Below the pieces are notes generated by a model, which ran no database searches, had not been told where the DNA came from, and saw only the letters and a program-made list of their open reading frames with translations. Shown here piece after piece: positions 8,178 through 17,090 of a DNA stretch of 64,000 nucleotides. A program made the translations under genes and the position numbers. The DNA lies in the sequence record NC_048668.1. One strand, 5' to 3'. The first letter of the stretch is position 1; every line of letters starts with the position of its first letter.

Positions 8178-10229
8178 ATGGTTGACTTAACCAAAGACGC
8201 TAAACTCATTGCGATTGACCTCATCAATGAAGCTAACGGAACTAACTTTACCGATAAAACTATCGCGTTGTCAGGGCCGGTTGTAAACAACTTCGTGTTG
8301 AACGGTCTGAATACGGAAGTTACTGCTTCGCCTAACGCAGGTGATAGCAATGACATTCCGGTAACTACTTATTATTCCCGTCTCCATCTGAACCATTTGC
8401 TGGAACGTCCTTACGCCGCCTTAGAGAACCAAGCACCTTCTCGCCTGGCTGGTTTACTTCCTTCTATCAACGCTAAGTATCGCCTCGGTCTGACCGCTGC
8501 AGATATCGTTGATGGCCCGTATCGTCCTGACGATGTAGCGACTGGTATTCGTCACGTTCAGATCGAAGCTAACCCGAACAGTTACGGTTACATCGGTAAG
8601 ACTGACATCTATCTGGGTGATAGCGCTCTGGTAGCCGATTGGTTTGAACGTCCTCATTATCAGTTCTCTCGTGACTTCGGCGCAGTTACCTTCATGGGCA
8701 ACAGCTATAACTTCCCTGATACCGATATCCGATTCGCTGGCCCTATTCAGACTATTACTCTCAATAGCCGGATCAAAGCTGTGAGCATCGATACTGACCG
8801 CCAATACCGTGCTTTCGAAAGCTACCCGGTAAACGGTACGTTGGTTGCGCACTTCAATAACGGCGTGATGAAAGAGATCGTTGGTAACCGTGGCGAAACG
8901 AGCTACGATGAAAACGGTATTCTTCTGGATATCATGCCGGATCTCCCTTCCTTCATGGACAACATCCACGAAGATGTACGCATCCTCAAATCGTACGGTA
9001 ACGGGAACATTACCTACAGCACCGACTACGACGTAGGTAAGCGCAAGGCAACTTCTGGCTTGACTTACTACGTTGATAACGTAGCGGGTAACGATCAGAA
9101 CGATGGTCAGTCGGAAGGTAAAGCATTCAAGTCGTTTAACCGCGCATTGATGGCAACTCCTGCTGCCCGTATCATCATGGTCAAAGGGACGGATGTTTAT
9201 TACGATGCCAACAACGGCTGGACGAGTTCAGTTAATAACCGTTCTCTGGACGTCATCGGCTTCGGCCCTAAAAAGCCTATCTTCACGGCGACCGTAAACG
9301 ACCTCACCTGGAAACAGCAAAGTGAGTCCATGTGGTATACCGACCGTATCCGTTTGGCTGCCTTCGTTGACATGAACAACGTAACGCTGGCCGCTGGCCC
9401 AGTCCGTATGACCGCTGCTAAGACGCTGGACGACTGCCGTATCAACCAGTCTACCTATTACTTCGACAACGTGTCTGGTCGTACTTACGTTCACTTGTTT
9501 GACGATCGTCAACCAGATGACAAAGTTCTGGGTATCATGGCAAGTAACTCTGGTCGTACCGAGAACGGGTCTACTGTTTACATGGAAAACCTTCAGTTCC
9601 AGTACACTTACCGTGGCTTCCAGACTGAAATCACTCAGGCTAAAGTAGTTGGGTATCTGTACGCTAAGAACTGCGACTTCGGCTGGAGCTGGACTGATGC
9701 TGGTCTTAACAGCTGGGGTACTAACGTTGTTACTCAGGGCTGTACCGCTCAGTGGTGTCAGCGTGGCGGTTTCCGTTATAACTCAGACCGCGTAACTCCA
9801 ACCATGGGTATCAAACCTTGGGTTGTTGAAATCGGCGCAGTTGTTAAGCAGTGCGGTTTTGACGGTACTGGTCAGGGCGTAGGTTCCGGTATCTCCGGTA
9901 ACGTAACTATCATGCGTATTGGCGGTAGCTATTCTGATTGCGAAGGTAACTTCGTTCAGGACACCGGTGACAATACCTACTCGCTCAACCTGAGTTTGAC
10001 TACGTTTAAATCTCGGTGGAATAACCCAGATGCGGCCGCGTACACTAACGGCCTGAACTCAGTGCGTGCAGCAGTTGCACATTACTGGAGCTGCACTATG
10101 GACAGCAGCGCTTTGTCTATCTATCCGAAAGGCAAAGGTCAAGCGTTCTTGCACAACACGTTAGTAGGTGCACGTCCCTGCTACCAGCGCGAAACGCCGT
10201 ATCGTTTTATTTACACTAAGAAAGGGTAA
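8178..10229 (+). CDS. Virion structural (tail/baseplate-associated) protein with C-terminal beta-helix, paralogue A, 683 aa
   Basis: N-terminal LIN.ANGT.F...Y.RL.L domain typical of phiKZ-like virion proteins; YYVDNVAGNDQNDG...AFKSFNRA motif that precedes pectin-lyase-like folds. Confidence 0.65.
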   Translation: MVDLTKDAKLIAIDLINEANGTNFTDKTIALSGPVVNNFVLNGLNTEVTASPNAGDSNDIPVTTYYSRLHLNHLLERPYAALENQAPSRLAGLLPSINAKYRLGLTAADIVDGPYRPDDVATGIRHVQIEANPNSYGYIGKTDIYLGDSALVADWFERPHYQFSRDFGAVTFMGNSYNFPDTDIRFAGPIQTITLNSRIKAVSIDTDRQYRAFESYPVNGTLVAHFNNGVMKEIVGNRGETSYDENGILLDIMPDLPSFMDNIHEDVRILKSYGNGNITYSTDYDVGKRKATSGLTYYVDNVAGNDQNDGQSEGKAFKSFNRALMATPAARIIMVKGTDVYYDANNGWTSSVNNRSLDVIGFGPKKPIFTATVNDLTWKQQSESMWYTDRIRLAAFVDMNNVTLAAGPVRMTAAKTLDDCRINQSTYYFDNVSGRTYVHLFDDRQPDDKVLGIMASNSGRTENGSTVYMENLQFQYTYRGFQTEITQAKVVGYLYAKNCDFGWSWTDAGLNSWGTNVVTQGCTAQWCQRGGFRYNSDRVTPTMGIKPWVVEIGAVVKQCGFDGTGQGVGSGISGNVTIMRIGGSYSDCEGNFVQDTGDNTYSLNLSLTTFKSRWNNPDAAAYTNGLNSVRAAVAHYWSCTMDSSALSIYPKGKGQAFLHNTLVGARPCYQRETPYRFIYTKKG

Positions 10230-10239
10230 GTGAACCAAT

Positions 10240-12306
10240 ATGAGTAATTACTCCCAACAAAGTAAGGTTCTGTTAGTTAGCGTAATTAACCAGGACAAAG
10301 GTACGTTCATTTCTCCTAATGACGTATACTTCATCGGACCAACCGCTAACGATCACCCCGACTACGATACGAAAGTCACCATGGTCGCCTTGGAGGATTC
10401 ACCTTATCGTGACTCCAAGGTTATCGAGTACAACAAAGTAGAGTTCTCGGGTATCTTCTCCGTACCGCTCATCTTTACTGCCGCAGGTAATATCCTGACT
10501 ACGTCTGACTTGATCAAACGTATCAACGAAGAATACGGTACTCAGTTAGATGATACCGACATCATCGTTGAACCAGTAACACCAGTGTTGCTGAGCAGTA
10601 CTGTGGCAATGGTGACGGTTCGTGCTGCGCCTAACGCACTGATCATCAAAGGTCAGTTGACGGTTTACTTCTCTGACACCGCATCCATTCGTAAGTGGAT
10701 TCGTAACGTAAGTACGGAGTATTCCAGTGACGGTAAAACTCTGCGTATCTCTGGCTCTAACCGCCGCGTAGATAAAAAGGTTGTCATCGGTAATGCTATC
10801 GATTATCTCCCGGCTACGAGCGCCATGGCGCTTTCTCTGGGGGCTGACGGTAAGTTCAACGAAGTAATGACTTTACCTACTCAGAGTCCGGTGAAGGTTC
10901 GCTTCCGTGAAGGTTCCCTGTTAGAAGTTGTGGGTCCGAGCGATGAGACTAGCTACGACCGTAATGGTAAGTTGCTTCGTATCTCTCCTCAGCTGCCACC
11001 GATCTTCGAAACTATCGGGAACCTGGCACAGATCAAAGCAACGTTCGACGATAACGGCCCAGACTTCAATCCGAACTATTCGATTAAAGTTAAACGGGCA
11101 CGTTCTGGTGTTGTCTACTACGTTGACTCTGTAAATGGCAATGACCTGAACGGTCAGGGTACCGAACAGTCCCCGTACAAGAGCTTCAACGCAGCGATCA
11201 CTCGTACTCCGCTGGCACGGACTATCGTCATCAAAGACGGTTCTTCGTTCAAGAGCGGAGAAGGCCCAAGTGCGCCAATCGAAGACCGTTCACTCGATAT
11301 CGTTACTTCCGGTACGAACAAGGTCACCCTGAGTGGTGCATGTAAGGTAAGCGCGTGGACTAAGTCGCCAGGTCAAGACAACGTCTACGTTGCAACCCTG
11401 ACTGATAAAGTGGGCGGTGTTGCTGACTACATCGCAGCCGGTACGTCTGGTCGAGCTACTCAGTTGACTGCCGTAGCATCTATTGCTGCTGCAGCTACAA
11501 CCAAAGGTAGTTACTACCCCGAAGAAGGAAAGGTCTACGTCCATACGCTGGATGATCGTGCACCGGATAATAAGTTGGTTGTTATCTCAGCCAACCCAGT
11601 AATCAGTGTAAAAGGTAACTCACAGGTTTACCTGGAGAACCTGATCATCGTCGATAGCATCAACGGTGTTGTAGTTGAAGCGACCAGTGTTGACAAAGTT
11701 CCTAACTTCTACGCAGTGAACTGCGAGTTTAAAAACTCAGCGGGCCGCGGTTTAAGTGGTTACGGTTCGACTGTTCAGACTGAAGGTTGTAAGTTCACGG
11801 CTAACGCCAGTAACGCAACCTACTACGATCTGGATCGTCAGTCTCCTGGTCTGGGTATCAAGTCCCGCTTCAGTGAGTCGAGTAACACCTTTGAGTGGAA
11901 CGGTACTGTCGATCCATTCACGGGCTCAACAACACTTGCTATTGCCGGTACAGTCGGTACACGTTGTAAGAACGTCTACTCCAACTGCTTCGGTCGCCCT
12001 ATCCTGGATTACGGTACAAATACCGCAACAGCCAACTACTCGTTGACTGTGGGTCAAAGTACGATTAACGATGTATTGAACGGTGCGCTGATTACTTCAG
12101 GTCACCCAGATACAAGTCGTTACGGTCGTGCGATGACGTTGGTGTTCTCGTCTAAACTGACTCAGCGCGATGGTGCATTTACCTTAGCGTCAATCGGTAA
12201 CGGTAACATCTACCTGTACGATACCCCGGTAGGTAAGATGGGCCAGTATGGATTGAGCGATCCGTACAAGTTCATCTACACCTCGAGCCAACGAGCTCAA
12301 CAGTGA
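10240..12306 (+). CDS. Virion structural protein with C-terminal beta-helix, paralogue B, 688 aa
   Basis: Colinear with 8178..10229 (ETSYD.NG.L, YYVD...GND..G, H..DDR.PD.K, P.Y.FIYT). Confidence 0.65.
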   Translation: MSNYSQQSKVLLVSVINQDKGTFISPNDVYFIGPTANDHPDYDTKVTMVALEDSPYRDSKVIEYNKVEFSGIFSVPLIFTAAGNILTTSDLIKRINEEYGTQLDDTDIIVEPVTPVLLSSTVAMVTVRAAPNALIIKGQLTVYFSDTASIRKWIRNVSTEYSSDGKTLRISGSNRRVDKKVVIGNAIDYLPATSAMALSLGADGKFNEVMTLPTQSPVKVRFREGSLLEVVGPSDETSYDRNGKLLRISPQLPPIFETIGNLAQIKATFDDNGPDFNPNYSIKVKRARSGVVYYVDSVNGNDLNGQGTEQSPYKSFNAAITRTPLARTIVIKDGSSFKSGEGPSAPIEDRSLDIVTSGTNKVTLSGACKVSAWTKSPGQDNVYVATLTDKVGGVADYIAAGTSGRATQLTAVASIAAAATTKGSYYPEEGKVYVHTLDDRAPDNKLVVISANPVISVKGNSQVYLENLIIVDSINGVVVEATSVDKVPNFYAVNCEFKNSAGRGLSGYGSTVQTEGCKFTANASNATYYDLDRQSPGLGIKSRFSESSNTFEWNGTVDPFTGSTTLAIAGTVGTRCKNVYSNCFGRPILDYGTNTATANYSLTVGQSTINDVLNGALITSGHPDTSRYGRAMTLVFSSKLTQRDGAFTLASIGNGNIYLYDTPVGKMGQYGLSDPYKFIYTSSQRAQQ

Positions 12307-12373
12307 TTATATGAGCGTCTGTAACATCGATGCTTCGTAAACGTTTTTGAGTTCTGATGGTTAATCCATATTG

Positions 12374-12404
12374 GGAGGAGGGCTTCGGCTCTCCTCCTTT
12401 TTTT
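12374..12404 (+). terminator. Terminator hairpin (TTCG loop)
   Basis: GGAGGAGGGC-TTCG-GCTCTCCTCC followed by T7. Confidence 0.8.
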
Positions 12405-12463
12405 ACGCCTCTTTGGAATTATTTGAAGAAGTACTCAAATTAACCCCATTGAAGGAAACACCT

Positions 12464-13606
12464 GTGAACGTAGAACTCAAACTGATCGACCCACGTTATA
12501 AATCCAGCGAGTGGGCAATCCCTGACTACAAAACCTCCGGTGCTGCAGCAATCGATGTATTGGCATGTGTCGATACCGAAATCGTTATTAACCCAGGCGA
12601 AGTCAAGATGATTCCTCTGGGTATCGCATTCCACCTGAACGACTCCGAAGTAGCAGCAATCCTGATGCCACGTTCTGGTCTGGGTTCTAAAGAAGGTGTG
12701 ATCCTGGGTAACACTCTGGGTCTGATCGACTCCGATTTCCAAGGTCAGGTACAGGCTCCTATCTGGAACCGTAACTTCGCCGATAAACAAATCCGTATCC
12801 AGCCGGGTGATCGCATTGCTCAGCTGATGTTCGTACCGGTAGTTCGCCCTACCTTTAAAGTAGTGGAAGAGTTCAGTGAAACTACTGAACGTGGTGAAGG
12901 CGGTTTCGGCTCCACTGGCGTAGCAACCAAATCGGTTGACGAAGTGATCGACGCTATCGTTGACTTTCACTCCGATGCCCTGGTAAAGAAAGGCCCGTAC
13001 GCATTGAAAGATGCAATGGCGATGCCGCGTGGTGAGCTGGCTGCTACGTTCAAGTATTTCCTGATCGAAGGCTGGGTTGGTAAGATCCAGGTAGAGTTCA
13101 AAGAGCTGATCGCGAAATACCCTGGTGTAGAAGTCCGTATGGCGTTGAAAGAACTGCCAGGTGAACATGTACAGGCTATCTACACCCGTCACTACAAAGA
13201 CGCGGTAGAATCTGCCAAGAAACCTATCTCCCCTGAACACCCACAGGCTGAACAAATCGGTAAACTGGGTTCGTACACCAATCAGGCAGTTGATCCAGCA
13301 ACCATGAGTAAGGAGGAGCTGATTGACGCGATCGTTGTCAAGCACACCGTGGATCTGTACGACACCAAAAAGGACGCCGTTGTCAAGAGTGACCTGGGTG
13401 GCTACGAAGAACTGAAACGCATTCTGGATAACACTATCCGCCAGCGTTCGATGATTTACGCCATTGCCCATTTCAAAGAGATCGTCCGTGGCTATACCGG
13501 CAGCGCTGTGGAGATGTTCCTGAACACGATGGATGAACGCACCATCTACAACATCTACATTCGCCACTACGGTAAGAAACCTCTTTCTGCGACATTCGGT
13601 AGCTAA
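12464..13606 (+). CDS. dut: dUTPase fused to two tandem 88-aa unknown domains, 380 aa
   Basis: Trimeric dUTPase motifs AAIDV, PRSGLG, GLIDSDFQG, AQL and RGEGGFGSTG; AAGGA RBS before GTG 12464. Confidence 0.9.
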   Translation: MNVELKLIDPRYKSSEWAIPDYKTSGAAAIDVLACVDTEIVINPGEVKMIPLGIAFHLNDSEVAAILMPRSGLGSKEGVILGNTLGLIDSDFQGQVQAPIWNRNFADKQIRIQPGDRIAQLMFVPVVRPTFKVVEEFSETTERGEGGFGSTGVATKSVDEVIDAIVDFHSDALVKKGPYALKDAMAMPRGELAATFKYFLIEGWVGKIQVEFKELIAKYPGVEVRMALKELPGEHVQAIYTRHYKDAVESAKKPISPEHPQAEQIGKLGSYTNQAVDPATMSKEELIDAIVVKHTVDLYDTKKDAVVKSDLGGYEELKRILDNTIRQRSMIYAIAHFKEIVRGYTGSAVEMFLNTMDERTIYNIYIRHYGKKPLSATFGS

Positions 13607-13619
13607 TAAGCGTCATAGC

Positions 13620-13643
13620 GGTGAGAGGGTAATTCCTCTCACC
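13620..13643 (+). terminator. Terminator hairpin (GTAATT loop)
   Basis: GGTGAGAGG / CCTCTCACC followed by TTATTTT. Confidence 0.7.
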
Positions 13644-13668
13644 TTATTTTACATCGGAAGGTATTATA

Positions 13669-14247
13669 ATGCCCAGCGGTAAATTCTTTTACGTTAAACC
13701 TCACGATAAAGGTTTTGTCGTTGTAAATGCAAACGGGTCAATTATGACAATAAATGATTTACCCCTTTGTCGCTCCATGAACGGTAAGCTCGTTGATGAA
13801 ATGGGTAACCCCAACTTTGTTGTTCACCGAACATCGGAAGGAGCCATTGCTAAGGCTGAGTGGCTAACTTCGGTAAACGTTAATGCTATCCTAGAAAGTA
13901 TAGATGACTCCGAGTACAAGTTAAAAGAGAAGCAACGCCTAGCGGATATGCGTGACAGGAGGCATTCGATATACTTCGCTGCACTGGCGGTTATATTCGC
14001 CATTGCTTACTTTACAGACTTCCGTCCAAGAGACACCAATAAGGAACCTTTATGGCAGACATTATTCTCGACCCCAACCAAGACGGAATCACCCACATCA
14101 ACATCTACTCCAAGTCCAGATGTATGCTCGGGAAGTTCCTGTCCCATTTCAGCAGAACCCCTTTCGAACACCCTAATCTGGGACGGTTCGAATCCATGGA
14201 AGCACTTTGGTATTATGCAAAGACGGGATACCAGCACGAAGAACTAA
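13669..14247 (+). CDS. Hypothetical protein with one TM segment; 3' end uncertain
   Basis: The first ~120 aa look coding; the last ~65 aa overlap the next gene out of frame and are S/T/P-rich. Confidence 0.55.
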   Translation: MPSGKFFYVKPHDKGFVVVNANGSIMTINDLPLCRSMNGKLVDEMGNPNFVVHRTSEGAIAKAEWLTSVNVNAILESIDDSEYKLKEKQRLADMRDRRHSIYFAALAVIFAIAYFTDFRPRDTNKEPLWQTLFSTPTKTESPTSTSTPSPDVCSGSSCPISAEPLSNTLIWDGSNPWKHFGIMQRRDTSTKN

Positions 14248-14552
14248 GAGGACTTTGGGGCTACGAAGCCAAACGACAAGGTCAGCAGTTCGCCACTGTT
14301 CATGATGACAATTTCCTCAAGGTCATTCATGAGGGCAACCGGGCTAAGATTGAAGCCTACCCTAGGCAGCTCGAAGCATTCAAAAAGAATAAGCTCCCGT
14401 TTACGCACTATTACGTATTTGGTAAAGCAACATGGGATAACGGTGTACCCACATGGATTGGTGAGTATAAAGTTCAGGATGCTTCTAATGGCTCAGCCCT
14501 AGTCTGTTTCTGGGAAACACTCAAGACAGAGTACGATTTCGAATCTATTTGA
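14052..14552 (+). CDS. NADAR/YbiA-like protein (putative ADP-ribose-processing enzyme)
   Basis: AAGGA RBS; FLSHF..TPF...G.F.SMEALW...K and GYEAKRQG resemble the NADAR LSNF..SPF...F.TVEH and AK..G motifs. Confidence 0.5.
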   Translation: MADIILDPNQDGITHINIYSKSRCMLGKFLSHFSRTPFEHPNLGRFESMEALWYYAKTGYQHEELRGLWGYEAKRQGQQFATVHDDNFLKVIHEGNRAKIEAYPRQLEAFKKNKLPFTHYYVFGKATWDNGVPTWIGEYKVQDASNGSALVCFWETLKTEYDFESI

Positions 14553-14573
14553 CAGCTATATTACTTATTTGAA
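14534..14573 (+). promoter_or_regulatory. Early-promoter-like motif copy 2
   Basis: CGATTTCGAA-N12-CTATATTACTTATTTGAA. Confidence 0.6.
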
Positions 14574-14615
14574 TAGGATACAAATCCTAATTAACCACTT
14601 TTAAGGAATCGATAG

Positions 14616-15020
14616 ATGAAATTAATGAAAAGTAGCTTCTCTGGTTTAGTGGCTCAAGCTCGTGCCGAATTCAATTGTCTGAATGACAACAAAGATCGAG
14701 AAGACTACCTTCATTTATTAGAAGGAAAGCTGTCTCGCTTTACCTGGTCTCATTTCGGTGAAAAGGAATTCACTAACCCAAAAAATAAAATCCGTGCTCG
14801 CCGTATTGCGTATCTGTCCAAAGTCTTCCTGTACGAGTTGGTTTTACTCGCCATTAAGAAAGATCCGAACAGAATCGCATTAGTCACTTATAGTCGCCAT
14901 ATTCGTCGTGATGCTAACGCCGCCTGGGTACGTTACGAAGCCGCCATTAACACTAACCAAGGCAGTTGGTGGCAGCAGATTAAATTCTACTTCGATGCCC
15001 GTAAATTCAACAGCCTTTAA
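14616..15020 (+). CDS. Hypothetical early protein
   Basis: AAGGA RBS; directly downstream of the promoter motif. Confidence 0.7.
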   Translation: MKLMKSSFSGLVAQARAEFNCLNDNKDREDYLHLLEGKLSRFTWSHFGEKEFTNPKNKIRARRIAYLSKVFLYELVLLAIKKDPNRIALVTYSRHIRRDANAAWVRYEAAINTNQGSWWQQIKFYFDARKFNSL

Positions 15021-15035
15021 TTAGAAGGAACCGTC

Positions 15036-15521
15036 ATGATCTGTGTTAACCAATATGTCTTCAACGCTTATTACTCTTACCTGTCAGAAAACGGCGATGG
15101 CCGTGTTCACATGTTCGTTATGAAAGAGGGGATCAAAAACCCTCGTCTGTTACCGTATGTCAATAAAGACTACCTGGTACTGAACATCTCCGGTCGTGCT
15201 TGCCCCGAGATGCGCGTGGAAGCTACCGGGATCAATTTCAAGGCCAGCTTCGGCGGCGTTCCTCTGACCGACTTCATTAGTTGGGATCATGTCGCATTCA
15301 TGGCTGCGCCAAATAACACGGAGCTGGGCATTCTCCCGTTACCTCACCCGGTTCAATGGGTTGATAACGAACCCGCTACCGAGTTGGGCGAGTTGGCTAA
15401 AAGCGAAACTGTGCCGACATCCGAGCTCAGTAAGATCAATAACTATGTCCCTATGGGGCGTAGTATCGAGCGCAAAGAGCGTCCAAATCCATTCTCTGTT
15501 ATTAAAGGCGGAAAGGAATGA
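15036..15521 (+). CDS. sspB: SspB-like ClpXP adaptor protein
   Basis: Y.FNAYYSY..EN, YV..D.LVLNIS, I.F.ASFGG.P....I.W and C-terminal RP.PFSVIKGG match SspB and its ClpX-binding tail. Confidence 0.75.
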   Translation: MICVNQYVFNAYYSYLSENGDGRVHMFVMKEGIKNPRLLPYVNKDYLVLNISGRACPEMRVEATGINFKASFGGVPLTDFISWDHVAFMAAPNNTELGILPLPHPVQWVDNEPATELGELAKSETVPTSELSKINNYVPMGRSIERKERPNPFSVIKGGKE

Positions 15522-15991
15522 CCCAGTTAGGTTGGTACCCGGATAATTTCGGCGAGCTTCCTTTGGAAGAAGCACTTCAGTATTCTGTCGACCTCGGTAA
15601 ACGGGCCTTGGACGATAAGGAAAAAGGCAACTTGAGCAAAGGGCTCTGCAAGCTGGCCCATCTTCCGGAAGTCTGCATCAAGCGTTGGGACCACGGCCCC
15701 ATTGTACAACGTCGTATTGTCTGTGCAGCTAATCGTTATACTGATCAACACGGTAAAGAGTACATCATTGCCGGTGCCCGGCATACGCAGATATTGATGC
15801 GGGAAATGGTCAAGACTTTAGGGGAACTCGGATTGGACCTAGCACATACACGTATGGACGACCAAGGGTTCATTGACCAGTTCGAAGAGTACCATACTCG
15901 CAAAGATGCACTGATCATTGCTGTACATGCTGGTCAAATGCGTGAGCCTGTTTTCTCTAGAGGCGAGCTGTTCTCCGAAAACCTTTACTAA
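15518..15991 (+). CDS. Conserved phage hypothetical protein
   Basis: RIVCAANR...GARH...QGFIDQF..Y.TR..AL.IA..AGQ...ELFSENLY pattern. Confidence 0.7.
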   Translation: MTQLGWYPDNFGELPLEEALQYSVDLGKRALDDKEKGNLSKGLCKLAHLPEVCIKRWDHGPIVQRRIVCAANRYTDQHGKEYIIAGARHTQILMREMVKTLGELGLDLAHTRMDDQGFIDQFEEYHTRKDALIIAVHAGQMREPVFSRGELFSENLY

Positions 15992-16006
15992 TAAGGATAA
16001 ACACTT

Positions 16007-16474
16007 ATGGCCAGTTTCGAAGTAAATGGCGAGGGAAATCACTTTAGTTTCGGTGACTCAGTTCTAGGGCAGTCTCTCGCCAGCACTTTGGGGGTCTTCG
16101 TGTTCCCCTGTGCGGAACTTAAGAACTTATCGTACGCGATCGGCGGAACCCCGGACATTATCCTTAACGACTACACGGATAAGTCCCGTAAAGCCAAAAT
16201 GGTTTACAAGGTTCCAGTCGACCCTTGGTACATCGACCGCCGAGTAAAACATCTTCGTCAGGATTATTTCAACGGCCTGGCAATCCCGCTTAAGATCGCC
16301 AGCAATAAGAGCGACACCATTAAAGAAATGCGTGTCGTTCTGGAAGATAACGGCGGTAATCGCTACCCGATCATTGCGCTACAAATTCGTTTCGACGAAC
16401 ATGGCGTATGGCATACCCTGAATAACTCAGAAGGTATTTCGGGTATTGTCAAGTTCGTTAAATCTCTCAACTAA
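16007..16474 (+). CDS. Hypothetical protein
   Basis: AAGGA RBS; 155 aa. Confidence 0.7.
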   Translation: MASFEVNGEGNHFSFGDSVLGQSLASTLGVFVFPCAELKNLSYAIGGTPDIILNDYTDKSRKAKMVYKVPVDPWYIDRRVKHLRQDYFNGLAIPLKIASNKSDTIKEMRVVLEDNGGNRYPIIALQIRFDEHGVWHTLNNSEGISGIVKFVKSLN

Positions 16475-16489
16475 CCCAGGAGGTTCCAA

Positions 16490-16621
16490 ATGGGGCCACT
16501 ATTGGAATTAGTTTCAAAAATTGTATTCTTCTCAATTCTCGCCAATATGGTAATCGGCGGGGTACAAAAGATTTCGTCTAAGGAAAAGAAAGATGGAAAA
16601 GTTTCTGATATCGATGGGTAA
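16490..16621 (+). CDS. Small membrane peptide, 43 aa (not in ORF track)
   Basis: AGGAGG RBS; hydrophobic N-terminus. Confidence 0.5.
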   Translation: MGPLLELVSKIVFFSILANMVIGGVQKISSKEKKDGKVSDIDG

Positions 16622-16742
16622 GGCCGTCGTCATTAAAGTCGCAAGTACACTGGCCATTCGCGGTACTCACTACGTTGTTAACTGGGCATCTAAACGTAAG
16701 GTGAAGAAGAATGAGCAAAGTACTCCTGAACTCGAGTCGTGA
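16593..16742 (+). CDS. Small protein, 49 aa (not in ORF track)
   Basis: AAGGA RBS; fills the gap between neighbouring genes. Confidence 0.45.
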   Translation: MEKFLISMGKAVVIKVASTLAIRGTHYVVNWASKRKVKKNEQSTPELES

Positions 16743-17061
16743 GTTACACGTAGATACGGTACAGGCGCTGTTCATGGCAGTCGTTATGCCGCTCCTGTTT
16801 CCGTTCTACGTTGTTTTAACGGGCAACTTCTGGTTTGCCCTAGGGTTCTTCCTCGTAGCCGCTGTGTTCACGCAGGGACTCGACTATTGGGAGTTACGAA
16901 GAGCTATCCGCCGCAAACATCTGTTTAGTCCATGGTGGATTCTGGCAATCTTCTTCTACTACCTCGTCCGGGATAAGTCTGGTTTCCCGAACTTCAAGTT
17001 ATTCTACATCAACGGTTTCATGGTAGCGATCTCTTTGTTCTTGGTCGCATTTATCATCTAA
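16711..17061 (+). CDS. Multi-pass membrane protein
   Basis: Three to four hydrophobic segments. Confidence 0.7.
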   Translation: MSKVLLNSSRELHVDTVQALFMAVVMPLLFPFYVVLTGNFWFALGFFLVAAVFTQGLDYWELRRAIRRKHLFSPWWILAIFFYYLVRDKSGFPNFKLFYINGFMVAISLFLVAFII

Positions 17062-17090
17062 CCAATCTTTCTGAATTAAGAGGCTTTTAA

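Noticed and set aside
12440-13567. 375-aa antisense ORF opposite the dUTPase
   Set aside because: Shadow of strong codon bias on the + strand (few TTA/CTA/TCA codons); no RBS, promoter or protein-like composition.
14181-14198. GGTTCGAATCC, a tRNA T-loop consensus
   Set aside because: The T-stem does not pair beyond 2 bp, no cloverleaf forms, and it lies in the coding frame G-R-F-E-S-M.
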